32,000 nucleotides of DNA from Escherichia coli (GCF_035621115.1 NZ_CP141767.1); one strand, 5' to 3'. Shown: positions 1 through 13,636, counted from the first letter of the stretch. A program made the numbers and translations. Notes: generated by a model not told the origin, from the letters alone.

Positions 1-1377
1 TTTGCTGTTCTGATCGTCATCATCGGTGGTCTGGTTACCGCCATCCTGCATAAACTGTTTGATATTCCACTGCCGGTAGTACTGGGGATTTTCTCCGGTG
101 CGGTAACCAATACGCCAGCACTGGGGGCAGGGCAGCAGATCTTGCGCGACCTGGGTACACCAATGGAAATGGTCGATCAGATGGGGATGAGTTACGCGAT
201 GGCGTATCCATTCGGCATTTGCGGGATTTTGTTCACCATGTGGATGTTGCGGGTTATTTTCCGCGTCAATGTCGAGACAGAAGCCCAGCAGCACGAGTCT
301 TCACGCACCAATGGCGGCGCGCTGATCAGGACTATCAATATTCGCGTTGAGAATCCTAACCTGCATGATTTAGCCATTAAAGATGTACCGATTCTCAACG
401 GCGACAAAATTATCTGCTCGCGTCTGAAACGCGAAGAAACCCTAAAAGTACCTTCGCCAGATACCATTATCCAACTGGGCGATTTGCTGCATCTGGTGGG
501 GCAGCCAGCGGATTTACATAATGCGCAACTGGTGATTGGTCAGGAGGTCGATACCTCGCTGTCTACGAAAGGCACTGATTTGCGCGTCGAGCGTGTGGTG
601 GTCACCAATGAAAACGTGCTCGGAAAACGTATTCGCGACCTGCACTTTAAAGAACGCTATGACGTTGTTATCTCGCGCCTGAACCGTGCCGGGGTCGAAC
701 TGGTCGCCAGTGGTGATATCAGCCTGCAGTTCGGCGATATTCTCAACCTGGTGGGGCGTCCGTCCGCAATTGATGCCGTTGCCAATGTGCTGGGGAATGC
801 GCAGCAAAAACTGCAACAGGTTCAGATGTTGCCGGTGTTTATTGGTATCGGGCTTGGCGTATTGTTAGGTTCTATTCCCGTCTTTGTGCCGGGATTCCCG
901 GCCGCGTTGAAACTGGGGCTGGCGGGCGGTCCGCTGATTATGGCGTTGATCCTCGGGCGTATCGGCAGTATCGGTAAGCTGTACTGGTTTATGCCGCCAA
1001 GCGCCAACCTCGCGCTGCGGGAGCTGGGGATCGTACTGTTCCTCTCGGTAGTGGGGCTGAAATCTGGTGGGGATTTTGTAAATACCCTGGTCAATGGCGA
1101 AGGGCTAAGCTGGATTGGTTATGGGGCCCTGATCACCGCCGTTCCGCTGATTACTGTTGGTATTCTGGCGCGGATGTTAGCCAAAATGAATTACCTGACC
1201 ATGTGCGGGATGCTGGCTGGCTCCATGACCGATCCTCCGGCGCTGGCGTTTGCTAATAATCTTCATCCAACGAGCGGTGCGGCGGCGCTCTCTTACGCCA
1301 CTGTCTATCCGTTAGTGATGTTCCTGCGCATTATCACCCCCCAATTACTGGCGGTGCTCTTCTGGAGTATCGGTTAA
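1..1377 (+). CDS. yidE: YidE, AspT/YidE-type putative transporter with two TrkA-C (RCK-C) domains; 5' truncated by the window edge
   Basis: Frame 1 is open from base 1 ([21 protein letters not shown]...) and continues into the 411-aa ORF; TrkA-C-like segments and C-terminal membrane half; matches recalled K-12 YidE. Confidence 0.95.
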
Positions 1378-2090
1378 CTCTTTTCCGGGTGGAGTCGCCG
1401 TAAATGGTACTCCACCTGGTATTCGTTGGCATTTCTGAACATCACTGAATAATTCAAAAACTCCCCGCTCTCGCTATATGACAACGAGGTGATCCGCAGC
1501 AGTGGCGTGTGTTCCGCTACCTTCATTTGCCGCGCCAGCAGTCTATCGGCGAGCACCGGCGTCAGGCTTTCATAATTACCGCCAATCAGAATCCCGCACT
1601 CTTGTTCAATATATTCAAACTTCGACCCTTCCAGATGTTGCAGCGATAGGTTGCGGAACAGTTTTACCGGCATATAGCTGTCTTCCAGCATCAGCGGTTT
1701 CCCTTCCACAAAACGAACGCGACGGGAGAAGTAGATCTGCTCGTTGATTTGAATCCGTAGCTGGCTGGCAATGGCCGGAGGCGCAGGCATGATTTCAAAA
1801 ATCAGCACCTGGCTGGTGACCGTTTTTCCCTGGCGTTTTAACACCTCCACCAGCCCGGTCAGGCTGGCGGTTTGATGCAATACATCTTTACGCACCAGGT
1901 AAGTACCGCTGCCGTGGCGGCGGACCACCAGCCCCCACGCCACCAGCAGGTCAATGGCTTTACGGATGGTCATCCGCGATACCGCAAATTCTTCCGCCAG
2001 CTTTTTTTCACCGGGAAGAAGGCTGTTTAGCGTGAAATCTGCGGAATTAAGTCGAATTCTTAATCGCTCCGCAATGCTTTTGTAGATCAT
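1374..2090 (-). CDS. yidP: GntR-family (UTRA domain) transcriptional regulator YidP
   Basis: N-terminal winged HTH ([25 protein letters not shown]...GSGTYL) plus UTRA-like C-terminus; start placed at [10 protein letters not shown] (CAT at 2088-2090) inside the longer 291-aa ORF. Confidence 0.93.
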
Positions 2091-2385
2091 CTCTAGATCT
2101 CTTTTTTGCCTGCAAGCCCGGGTAATGCGCCCACAAGTTCTGCTTAATCGATTGAAAAAAAATCTTTTTTTTAAAGATGTGTTCGATGCTGTGTACCAGT
2201 GCTCACAGATGTCTACTTTTTCGCGAAAACGTAGATCTCTACCGCCCAACGAAAAGCATGAAAGCGATCACGAATCCCATTGGGTCGTCATGTTCTGCCG
2301 ATCGCATCTTCCTATCCTCGCTCCAGGCCTGCCGCATAACCAATCAGGCTTCCTACTTACAGAATTGAGAAAAGAGGATGTGGAA

Positions 2386-6214
<3,829 letters not shown>

Positions 6215-6380
6215 TTTAATATCCCTCCGGCGAATTATGCTCACAACCTGAACTTAACAGAAAACAATCCGTTCAGGGATACGATGTTTGTATTTTAAGA
6301 ATCTGACTGCCTGACCCGACGCATTTTACCTCTCCCTATATTCATGCGTCCGGGACATAAACATAAATAAGGGCTATGAG

Positions 6381-8096
6381 ATGAATTCGTTACAAATCTT
6401 GAGTTTTGTCGGTTTTACGCTGCTGGTGGCGGTCATCACCTGGTGGAAGGTCCGTAAAGCAGATACCGGATCGCAACAAGGCTATTTTCTTGCCGGACGT
6501 TCACTAAAAGCGCCGGTTATTGCCGCTTCGTTAATGTTAACCAACCTTTCCACGGAACAACTGGTTGGTCTTTCCGGGCAGGCCTACAAAAGCGGCATGT
6601 CGGTGATGGGCTGGGAAGTCACTTCTGCGGTGACGCTGATCTTCCTCGCGCTAATCTTTTTACCGCGCTATCTGAAGCGTGGCATTGCCACCATCCCCGA
6701 TTTTCTGGAGGAACGTTATGATAAAACGACGCGTATTATCATCGACTTCTGCTTCCTCATTGCCACCGGCGTCTGCTTTCTGCCGATTGTTCTCTACTCC
6801 GGCGCGTTGGCGCTCAACAGCCTGTTTCACGTCGGGGAATCGCTACAGATTTCTCACGGTGCGGCTATCTGGCTATTGGTAATTTTGCTTGGTCTGGCGG
6901 GAATTTTGTATGCGGTGATCGGCGGACTGCGCGCAATGGCAGTGGCGGACTCCATTAACGGTATTGGGCTGGTTATTGGCGGGTTGATGGTGCCGATATT
7001 TGGCCTGATCGCGATGGGCAAAGGCAGCTTTATGCAGGGCATTGAGCAACTCACCACCGTTCACGCCGAGAAATTAAACTCAGTCGGCGGCCCGACCGAT
7101 CCCTTGCCGATTGGCGCGGCATTTACCGGTTTGATTCTGGTGAACACCTTTTACTGGTGTACAAATCAGGGCATCGTGCAACGCACACTGGCGTCAAAAA
7201 GCCTGGCGGAAGGGCAAAAGGGGGCGCTGTTAACGGCGGTGCTGAAAATGCTCGACCCGCTGGTACTGGTGCTGCCAGGGTTGATTGCGTTTCATCTGTA
7301 TCAGGATTTACCGAAAGCCGACATGGCCTACCCGACGCTGGTCAATAACGTTCTGCCAGTGCCACTGGTGGGTTTCTTCGGCGCGGTGTTATTTGGTGCG
7401 GTGATCAGTACCTTCAACGGCTTTCTGAATAGCGCCAGTACGTTATTCAGTATGGGGATTTACCGGCGCATCATTAACCAGAATGCCGAGCCGCAACAGC
7501 TGGTCACCGTTGGGCGCAAATTTGGTTTCTTTATCGCCATCGTTTCGGTGCTGGTCGCGCCGTGGATCGCCAACGCGCCGCAGGGGCTGTATAGCTGGAT
7601 GAAACAGCTCAACGGTATTTACAACGTGCCGCTGGTTACCATCATCATTATGGGCTTTTTCTTCCCGCGCATTCCGGCGCTGGCGGCAAAAGTGGCGATG
7701 GGGATTGGCATAATCAGCTACATCACCATCAACTATCTGGTGAAGTTCGACTTCCATTTCCTCTATGTGCTGGCCTGTACCTTCTGTATCAACGTGGTAG
7801 TGATGCTGGTGATCGGTTTTATCAAACCGCGCGCCACGCCGTTCACCTTCAAAGATGCGTTTGCGGTGGACATGAAACCGTGGAAAAACGTCAAGATCGC
7901 GTCAATGGGTATCCTGTTCGCGATGATTGGCGTCTATGCCGGGCTGGCTGAATTCGGCGGCTACGGTACGCGCTGGTTAGCGATGATCAGTTATTTCATC
8001 GCTGCCGTAGTGATTGTCTACCTGATTTTTGACAGCTGGCGGCATCGTCACGACCCAGCCGTAACCTTTACTCCCGACGCGAAGGATAGCTTATGA
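6381..8096 (+). CDS. yidK: Sodium:solute symporter family transporter YidK
   Basis: 571 aa, SSS-family features (YFLAGRSLKAPVIAASLMLTNLSTEQLVGLSGQAY), many TM segments. Confidence 0.95.
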   Translation: MNSLQILSFVGFTLLVAVITWWKVRKADTGSQQGYFLAGRSLKAPVIAASLMLTNLSTEQLVGLSGQAYKSGMSVMGWEVTSAVTLIFLALIFLPRYLKRGIATIPDFLEERYDKTTRIIIDFCFLIATGVCFLPIVLYSGALALNSLFHVGESLQISHGAAIWLLVILLGLAGILYAVIGGLRAMAVADSINGIGLVIGGLMVPIFGLIAMGKGSFMQGIEQLTTVHAEKLNSVGGPTDPLPIGAAFTGLILVNTFYWCTNQGIVQRTLASKSLAEGQKGALLTAVLKMLDPLVLVLPGLIAFHLYQDLPKADMAYPTLVNNVLPVPLVGFFGAVLFGAVISTFNGFLNSASTLFSMGIYRRIINQNAEPQQLVTVGRKFGFFIAIVSVLVAPWIANAPQGLYSWMKQLNGIYNVPLVTIIIMGFFFPRIPALAAKVAMGIGIISYITINYLVKFDFHFLYVLACTFCINVVVMLVIGFIKPRATPFTFKDAFAVDMKPWKNVKIASMGILFAMIGVYAGLAEFGGYGTRWLAMISYFIAAVVIVYLIFDSWRHRHDPAVTFTPDAKDSL

Positions 8097-9586
8097 AACG
8101 CCCCAATTTTCTGTTCATCATGACCGATACCCAGGCCACCAATATGGTCGGTTGCTATAGCGGTAAGCCGCTGAATACGCAAAATATTGATAGTCTGGCG
8201 GCGGAAAGTATTCGCTTTAATTCCGCCTACACCTGTTCACCGGTTTGTACACCAGCGCGCGCCGGGCTGTTTACCGGTATCTACGCTAACCAGTCCGGCC
8301 CGTGGACCAATAACGTCGCGCCGGGCAAAAACATCTCCACTATGGGACGCTACTTTAAGGATGCGGGCTATCACACCTGTTACATTGGCAAATGGCATCT
8401 CGACGGTCATGACTATTTCGGCACTGGCGAGTGTCCGCCGGAGTGGGACGCTGATTACTGGTTCGATGGGGCGAACTATCTTAGCGAACTGACGGAAAAA
8501 GAGATTAGCCTGTGGCGCAATGGCCTAAACAGCGTCGAAGATTTACAGGCGAACCATATTGACGGAACCTTCACCTGGGCGCACCGCATCAGCAATCGGG
8601 CGGTAGATTTTCTGCAACAGCCCGCGCGCGCCGAGGAACCCTTCCTGATGGTGGTTTCGTATGATGAGCCGCATCACCCCTTCACCTGTCCGGTGGAGTA
8701 TTTAGAGAAATACGCTGATTTTTACTACGAACTTGGCGAGAAATCACAGGATGACCTGGCGAACAAACCGGAACATCACCGCTTATGGGCGCAGGCGATG
8801 CCATCGCCAGTCGGTGATGACGGGCTTTATCACCATCCGCTCTATTTTGCCTGCAATGACTTTGTTGATGACCAAATCGGACGGGTCATCAATGCCTTAA
8901 CGCCAGAGCAACGTGAAAATACGTGGGTTATTTATACCTCCGATCACGGCGAAATGATGGGCGCACATAAGCTGATCAGTAAAGGAGCGGCGATGTATGA
9001 CGACATCACCCGTATTCCGCTGATCATCCGTTCGCCGCAAGGGGAGCGGCGACAGGTCGATACGCCAGTCAGTCATATCGATTTACTGCCGACAATGATG
9101 GCGCTGGCAGATATTGAAAAACCAGAGATTCTGCCGGGGGAAAATATCCTTGCCGTGACAGAGCCACGCGGCGTGATGGTGGAATTTAACCGCTACGAGA
9201 TTGAGCATGACAGCTTTGGCGGTTTTATTCCGGTGCGTTGCTGGGTGACGGATGACTTTAAACTGGTACTCAACCTCTTCACCAGTGATGAACTTTACGA
9301 TCGCCGTAATGACCCAAATGAAATGCATAACCTGATCGATGATATCCGTTTTGCCGACGTTCGCCGCAAAATGCATGACGCCTTATTGGATTACATGGAC
9401 AAAATTCGCGATCCGTTCCGCAGTTATCAATGGAGCCTGCGTCCGTGGCGTAAAGATGCACAGCCGCGCTGGATGGGGGCATTTCGTCCACGCCCACAAG
9501 ATGGCTATTCGCCAGTAGTACGCGACTATGACACCGGCCTACCGACGCAAGGAGTGAAAGTGGAAGAGAAAAAACAGAAGTTCTGA
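8093..9586 (+). CDS. yidJ: Putative cysteine-type sulfatase YidJ
   Basis: Starts NFLFIMTDTQ; contains CxPxR sulfatase motif CTPAR and GKWHLDGHD; 4-nt overlap with yidK (ATGA). Confidence 0.95.
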   Translation: MKRPNFLFIMTDTQATNMVGCYSGKPLNTQNIDSLAAESIRFNSAYTCSPVCTPARAGLFTGIYANQSGPWTNNVAPGKNISTMGRYFKDAGYHTCYIGKWHLDGHDYFGTGECPPEWDADYWFDGANYLSELTEKEISLWRNGLNSVEDLQANHIDGTFTWAHRISNRAVDFLQQPARAEEPFLMVVSYDEPHHPFTCPVEYLEKYADFYYELGEKSQDDLANKPEHHRLWAQAMPSPVGDDGLYHHPLYFACNDFVDDQIGRVINALTPEQRENTWVIYTSDHGEMMGAHKLISKGAAMYDDITRIPLIIRSPQGERRQVDTPVSHIDLLPTMMALADIEKPEILPGENILAVTEPRGVMVEFNRYEIEHDSFGGFIPVRCWVTDDFKLVLNLFTSDELYDRRNDPNEMHNLIDDIRFADVRRKMHDALLDYMDKIRDPFRSYQWSLRPWRKDAQPRWMGAFRPRPQDGYSPVVRDYDTGLPTQGVKVEEKKQKF

Positions 9587-9589
9587 CGA

Positions 9590-9622
9590 TAATGCCCGCT
9601 GATGATCACCCGGCGGGCATTA
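9590..9622. terminator. Candidate bidirectional hairpin between convergent yidJ and yidI
   Basis: Perfect 10-bp inverted repeat TAATGCCCGC (9590-9599) / GCGGGCATTA (9613-9622); only short flanking T/A tracts. Confidence 0.55.
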
Positions 9623-9632
9623 TTCAGGCTGC

Positions 9633-10082
9633 TTAAGCCAGCGAACCGCCGGTCAGGAAAGAAAAAATCAGGAACATCAGCAGAAGGCCGCAGACAATGC
9701 CGATGCCAAAAAGCAAGGTATGGAAAGCCAGCGTCCCGCCGCCAAAAACCAGCGCGCCGCGAATGCCCCAGCGATTTTCCTTACGCATACCGCCAACAAA
9801 TGCGCAAAGTAGCGCAGCAATGGCCAGTGCGATACCGCTTTGATCGAGGATTTTATCGACATCCACGTCCTCTTTTTTCTCCACGGTGGTAATTTTTTCG
9901 CCTTTTATTCCGGCGAGAAGACCTCTTTTAATTTCAGCCGTTTTGTCCGCCACGATGCTTTCAAGCGTTGGCGGTGGTGCGGAAAAAGGGCCGAATGAAA
10001 AGTGGATAATCCCCATCATTAAAGCGATGGCACCGAACAGCATGCCCAATGAACTGATTTTATTTTGCGCTATGATACCCAT
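9633..10082 (-). CDS. yidI: YidI inner membrane protein
   Basis: 149-aa ORF with several hydrophobic segments; matches recalled K-12 YidI and gene order. Confidence 0.88.
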   Translation of the reverse strand: MGIIAQNKISSLGMLFGAIALMMGIIHFSFGPFSAPPPTLESIVADKTAEIKRGLLAGIKGEKITTVEKKEDVDVDKILDQSGIALAIAALLCAFVGGMRKENRWGIRGALVFGGGTLAFHTLLFGIGIVCGLLLMFLIFSFLTGGSLA

Positions 10083-10190
10083 CTGACCTCCTTGTAGCGG
10101 ATGGCAAAAGCATATCAGGAAACGGGCGGACGAAATTCTTAAAAAAAACCGCTAAAGATAGAGCGTTAGTGAAATTGCAAAGGAGCAACA

Positions 10191-10538
10191 ATGAAAATTT
10201 CCCGCCTCGGAGAAGCGCCCGATTACCGCTTCTCGCTGGCTAATGAGCGTACTTTTCTGGCGTGGATCCGTACCGCACTAGGATTTCTGGCGGCGGGGGT
10301 TGGGCTTGACCAACTTGCGCCAGATTTCGCCACGCCCGTCATTCGCGAACTGCTGGCGTTGTTGTTGTGTCTGTTTTCCGGCGGGTTAGCGATGTATGGC
10401 TACTTGCGCTGGTTACGCAATGAAAAAGCGATGCGTCTGAAAGAGGACCTGCCCTATACCAACAGCTTATTAATCATCAGCTTAATATTGATGATCGTGG
10501 CGGTGATCGTCATGGGACTGGTGTTGTATGCCGGATAG
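10191..10538 (+). CDS. yidH: DUF202 family inner membrane protein YidH
   Basis: DUF202 signature LANERTFLAWIRTALGFLAAGVG; RBS aaggag upstream. Confidence 0.93.
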   Translation: MKISRLGEAPDYRFSLANERTFLAWIRTALGFLAAGVGLDQLAPDFATPVIRELLALLLCLFSGGLAMYGYLRWLRNEKAMRLKEDLPYTNSLLIISLILMIVAVIVMGLVLYAG

Positions 10539-10890
10539 CCGCAAAGCCAGACGCATTGCCGACCCAGGGCTGCAGCCGGAGCGTACATCACTGGCGTGGT
10601 TTCGTACCATGCTGGGCTACGGCGCGTTGATGGCGTTGGCTATCAAACACAACTGGCACCAGGCGGGCATGTTATTCTGGATTTCGATTGGCATCCTCGC
10701 CATCGTGGCGCTGATCCTCTGGCACTACACCCGTAATCGCAATTTAATGGATGTCACGAATAGCGATTTTTCCCAATTTCACGTAGTCCGTGACAAATTT
10801 TTGATCTCCCTCGCGGTGTTATCTCTCGCAATACTGTTTGCTGTAACGCATATACATCAACTTATCGTATTTATTGAGAGAGTCGCATGA
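10528..10890 (+). CDS. yidG: DUF202 family inner membrane protein YidG
   Basis: DUF202-like LQPERTSLAWFRTMLGYGALMALA; overlaps yidH by 11 nt. Confidence 0.93.
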   Translation: MPDSRKARRIADPGLQPERTSLAWFRTMLGYGALMALAIKHNWHQAGMLFWISIGILAIVALILWHYTRNRNLMDVTNSDFSQFHVVRDKFLISLAVLSLAILFAVTHIHQLIVFIERVA

Positions 10891-11384
10891 CAGGAAGTCA
10901 GGTCATTGATGCTGAAGAGGACAGGCATAAACTGGTTGTAGAGTACAAGGATGCTCTGCAACCTGCCGATTTTTATCACAATTTCAAACAACGGGGCATC
11001 CGCTCCGTACAGCTCATTCCCCATCTTGAATTTGATGACCGGGGCGATCTGACGGCCGCTTCGGTGACAGCAGAGCTGTGGGGGAAATTTTTAATTGCCC
11101 TGTTTGAGTGTTGGGTGCGGGCAGATATCAGTCGTATCTCGATTGAGCTTTTTGACGCCACCTTACAAAAATGGTGTGGCAGCGAAAACCCGCAACCGCG
11201 CCGTGGCTGCCAGGCGTGCGACTGGCATCTGCTGTGTCCGCACGCTCGGGAGGAGATGCCAGACAGCGTGCTATGTGCGGGCTATCAGGCGTTTTATTCT
11301 TACTCTGCGCCGCATATGCGGGTGATGCGTGATCTGATAAAGCAGCATCGTTCTCCCATGGAGCTGATGACGATGCTGCGGTGA
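10887..11384 (+). CDS. yidF: YidF; resembles the C-terminal part of anaerobic sulfatase-maturating enzymes
   Basis: 165-aa ORF with RGIRSVQLIPHLE, SVTAELWGKFLIALFECWVRADI and a Cys-rich CQACDWHLLCPH segment; 4-nt overlap with yidG. Confidence 0.88.
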   Translation: MTGSQVIDAEEDRHKLVVEYKDALQPADFYHNFKQRGIRSVQLIPHLEFDDRGDLTAASVTAELWGKFLIALFECWVRADISRISIELFDATLQKWCGSENPQPRRGCQACDWHLLCPHAREEMPDSVLCAGYQAFYSYSAPHMRVMRDLIKQHRSPMELMTMLR

Positions 11385-11391
11385 CGTGAGC

Positions 11392-12576
11392 TTAAACGGG
11401 CTGCCCCTGATGCGACATCCGCGTCGCCAGCGGTAGCCAGCATAGCACGATCAACAATCCCATTAAGGTCATCAACAACCCCAGGCTGCCCTGACCGGTT
11501 TGCGGCAACATCGCAGAGAGCGACGCCAGCACGCCGGAACCAATGTTTTGCAGACCGCCGACCAGCGCGCCAGCCGTGCCCGCCAGGAAGGGGAACGGTT
11601 CCATCGCGCCGCTGGTCGCCAGCGGAAACAGCATCCCGGCACCGAAAAAGAACAGCGCGGCGGGAACGAGCAGCGTCCAGACATTCATCACGCCAAACCA
11701 GTCGGGGATCCATATCAGCAAGCCAGCCAGCAGGCAGCAGATAACCGACTGCCACATCAACGTTGAGAAGCGTTTATTAGGACGTCCGGCAAACCATGCC
11801 CCAAAAAATGCCGCCGGAATCGGCAGAATAAACAAAATACTGACCGTCATACTGCTCAGCCCTAATACCGCGCCCATCAGCACGCCGGAGCAGGCTTCAA
11901 AGGCGGCAATCCCGGCCAGACCGCCAATCAGCATCAGCAAATAACAGTTAAAACCGCTGTTACCGAAAAGCGTTTTATAACTGGTAAGCAGGCGTGTGCG
12001 CGGTGCGTCGACCGGACGTGTTTCCGGCATCCAGCGGGCCATACTGAAGGTCACACCGGCACAAAGTACCAACAAAAAGAGATAACAGGCGCGCCAGTTC
12101 CACATCGTATCCAGCAGACCGCCGATTAGCGGTGCGAGCAACGGACTGACAAGAATCCCCATATTTAACAAGCTGTTAGCGTGGCGCAACTGTGTCCCTT
12201 CATATAAATCACGCGGCAAAGTACGCGCCATTACGCCGCCAACGCCGGTGCCCATCCCCTGCATCGCGCTGGCGGCAATCAATACTGTCAAACTGGAGGT
12301 CGTGACCGCGACCAGCGTTGCCAGCATAAAAATGGACATTCCGACGAGGATCACCGGTCGGCGACCCACACGGTCGGAAATCGGGCCATAAAACAGCTGT
12401 GAGACACCGTAAGTCAGCAGATAAGCGCCCATTACGCTCTGCACCGCCCCTTCACGGACGTTGAGATCGCGCGCCATATCGGCAATAGCTGGAATATAAA
12501 TGGTTTGCGCCATCTGACCGACGGCCACGAGTAATACCAACATCAATAACAAATTGACGTTTCTATGCCTTTTCAT
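11392..12576 (-). CDS. emrD: MFS multidrug efflux transporter EmrD
   Basis: Bcr/CflA-type MFS (YGPISDRVGRRPVILVG), matches recalled EmrD; start at MKRHRNVNLLL. Confidence 0.96.
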   Translation of the reverse strand: MKRHRNVNLLLMLVLLVAVGQMAQTIYIPAIADMARDLNVREGAVQSVMGAYLLTYGVSQLFYGPISDRVGRRPVILVGMSIFMLATLVAVTTSSLTVLIAASAMQGMGTGVGGVMARTLPRDLYEGTQLRHANSLLNMGILVSPLLAPLIGGLLDTMWNWRACYLFLLVLCAGVTFSMARWMPETRPVDAPRTRLLTSYKTLFGNSGFNCYLLMLIGGLAGIAAFEACSGVLMGAVLGLSSMTVSILFILPIPAAFFGAWFAGRPNKRFSTLMWQSVICCLLAGLLIWIPDWFGVMNVWTLLVPAALFFFGAGMLFPLATSGAMEPFPFLAGTAGALVGGLQNIGSGVLASLSAMLPQTGQGSLGLLMTLMGLLIVLCWLPLATRMSHQGQPV

Positions 12577-12750
12577 TATCACGGATGCTTTTATAAAAAT
12601 AATTAGAATAAGTCACTACGCATTCCCATAAATGCGGGAGAGGAATCTATCACATTGATAAATGTTAGCCAGATATACGCCAGGAATGGGGAATTGTTTA
12701 GCGGCAGAATATGTAAACAAAAGCGGCAATAAATGTTGCCGGGAGGGATG

Positions 12751-12787
12751 GTAGGGCGGATAAGATGCATCAGCATCGCATCCGACA
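12751..12787. repeat. REP/BIME-type palindromic element (diverged)
   Basis: GTAGGGCGGATAAGATGCATCAGCATCGCATCCGACA matches the REP layout GTAGGnCGGATAAG-loop-CGCATCCGnCA. Confidence 0.8.
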
Positions 12788-12808
12788 CCAACCCGCACGC
12801 TAAATATG

Positions 12809-12836
12809 AAAGGGGAGCGGTTACCCGCTCCCCTTT
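12809..12836. terminator. Rho-independent terminator downstream of tisB
   Basis: 12-bp perfect stem AAAGGGGAGCGG (12809-12820) / CCGCTCCCCTTT (12825-12836), loop TTAC. Confidence 0.8.
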
Positions 12837-12855
12837 GGTGCGACTTGAATCTGAA

Positions 12856-12945
12856 TTACTTCAGGTATTTCAGAACAGCATCAAGCAGTTGCAGTGCTGC
12901 AACAATGAGTTTGAGGATAAGAATGGCGATATCCACCAGGCTCAT
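12856..12945 (-). CDS. tisB: SOS-induced toxic membrane peptide TisB (29 aa)
   Basis: Minus strand translates to MSLVDIAILILKLIVAALQLLDAVLKYLK; matches recalled TisB except residue 2. Absent from the supplied ORF track because of its size. Confidence 0.95.
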   Translation of the reverse strand: MSLVDIAILILKLIVAALQLLDAVLKYLK

Positions 12946-13047
12946 ACGCGTCTCCTGTGGTTCAGGAGCACTGCCAGCTGACGTACCTTTCCGCTGCCTG
13001 TTGCCAGCTGTTGTGCACGCGGTATCTCAAGGAGAAACGTTGTGCTC

Positions 13048-13068
13048 GTTGACATAACACAGTGTGCT
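13048..13068. promoter_or_regulatory. IstR-1 pairing region in the tisAB mRNA leader
   Basis: Plus strand GTTGACATAACACAGTGTGCT is a 20/21 copy of the IstR-1 5' end (13306-13326), so the minus-strand tis mRNA is complementary to IstR-1. Confidence 0.85.
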
Positions 13069-13179
13069 CACGCGGGGTTAAGGCGCTGACGGCACCACCC
13101 GTTTCAGCCAGGACTTAGTGCGCCGGGTAACGATGCGGCCCCCGCATAACACATTGCGTACAGTGATATTATAGAAGTT

Positions 13180-13199
13180 TACTGTATAAATAAACAGTA
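13180..13199. promoter_or_regulatory. LexA box controlling tisAB (and probably IstR-2)
   Basis: TACTGTATAAATAAACAGTA fits CTGT-N8-ACAG. Confidence 0.93.
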
Positions 13200-13305
13200 A
13201 TGTTTGGACAAAACGCAAACTGTGATCGATACTCAACTATGCACTAATTACGTCAAAATTCGTGCCGAAATTGCGCGTTCTGCGCGGAACACGTATACTT
13301 TCTGT

Positions 13306-13381
13306 GTTGACATAATACAGTGTGCTTTGCGGTTACCAGCCGCGGGCGGCTGACGAAACCTCGCTCCGGCGGGGTTTTTTT
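13306..13381 (+). ncRNA. istR: IstR-1 antisense sRNA
   Basis: Sequence GTTGACATAATACAGTGTGCTTTGCGGTTACCAGCCGCGGGCGGC...ACCTCGCTCCGGCGGGGTTTTTTT matches recalled IstR-1; upstream TTGCGC (13271)-N17-TATACT (13294) promoter; 3' GC stem with U-tract. Confidence 0.93.
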
Positions 13382-13510
13382 GTTACCTGCAGTACAGTAC
13401 AAAACGTGATCAACCCCTCAATTTTCCCTTGCTGAAAAATTTTCCATTGTCTCCCCTGTAAAGCTGTGCTTGTATAAATATTGTTAAACACAAAACCAAC
13501 AAGGTCCCCA

Positions 13511-13609
13511 ATGACTACTTCCATGCTCAACGCAAAACTACTACCAACTGCGCCATCCGCCGCAGTGGTCGTCGTGCGTGTGGTGGTGGTCGTCGGCAAT
13601 GCGCCGTAG
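13511..13609 (+). CDS. ivbL: ilvB operon leader peptide IvbL (32 aa)
   Basis: MTTSMLNAKLLPTAPSAAVVVVRVVVVVGNAP*, Val-rich attenuation peptide directly upstream of a GC hairpin/T-run. Confidence 0.97.
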   Translation: MTTSMLNAKLLPTAPSAAVVVVRVVVVVGNAP

Positions 13610-13636
13610 GGACTGGAACAACACACGATTCCAAAA

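Noticed and set aside
2091-2249. N-terminal extension of the yidP ORF
   Set aside because: GntR HTH begins right after [10 protein letters not shown] at 2090; the extension runs through the divergent intergenic region.
2125-2385. N-terminal 87-codon extension of the glvCB ORF
   Set aside because: Translation MRPQVLLNRLKKN... overlaps the yidP promoter/start region and lacks EIIC features; the start at 2386 with upstream AGAGG fits better.
6317-6345. REP-like fragment CTGCCTGACCCGACGCATTTTACC upstream of yidK
   Set aside because: Only a short resemblance with no second palindromic arm; insufficient to call.
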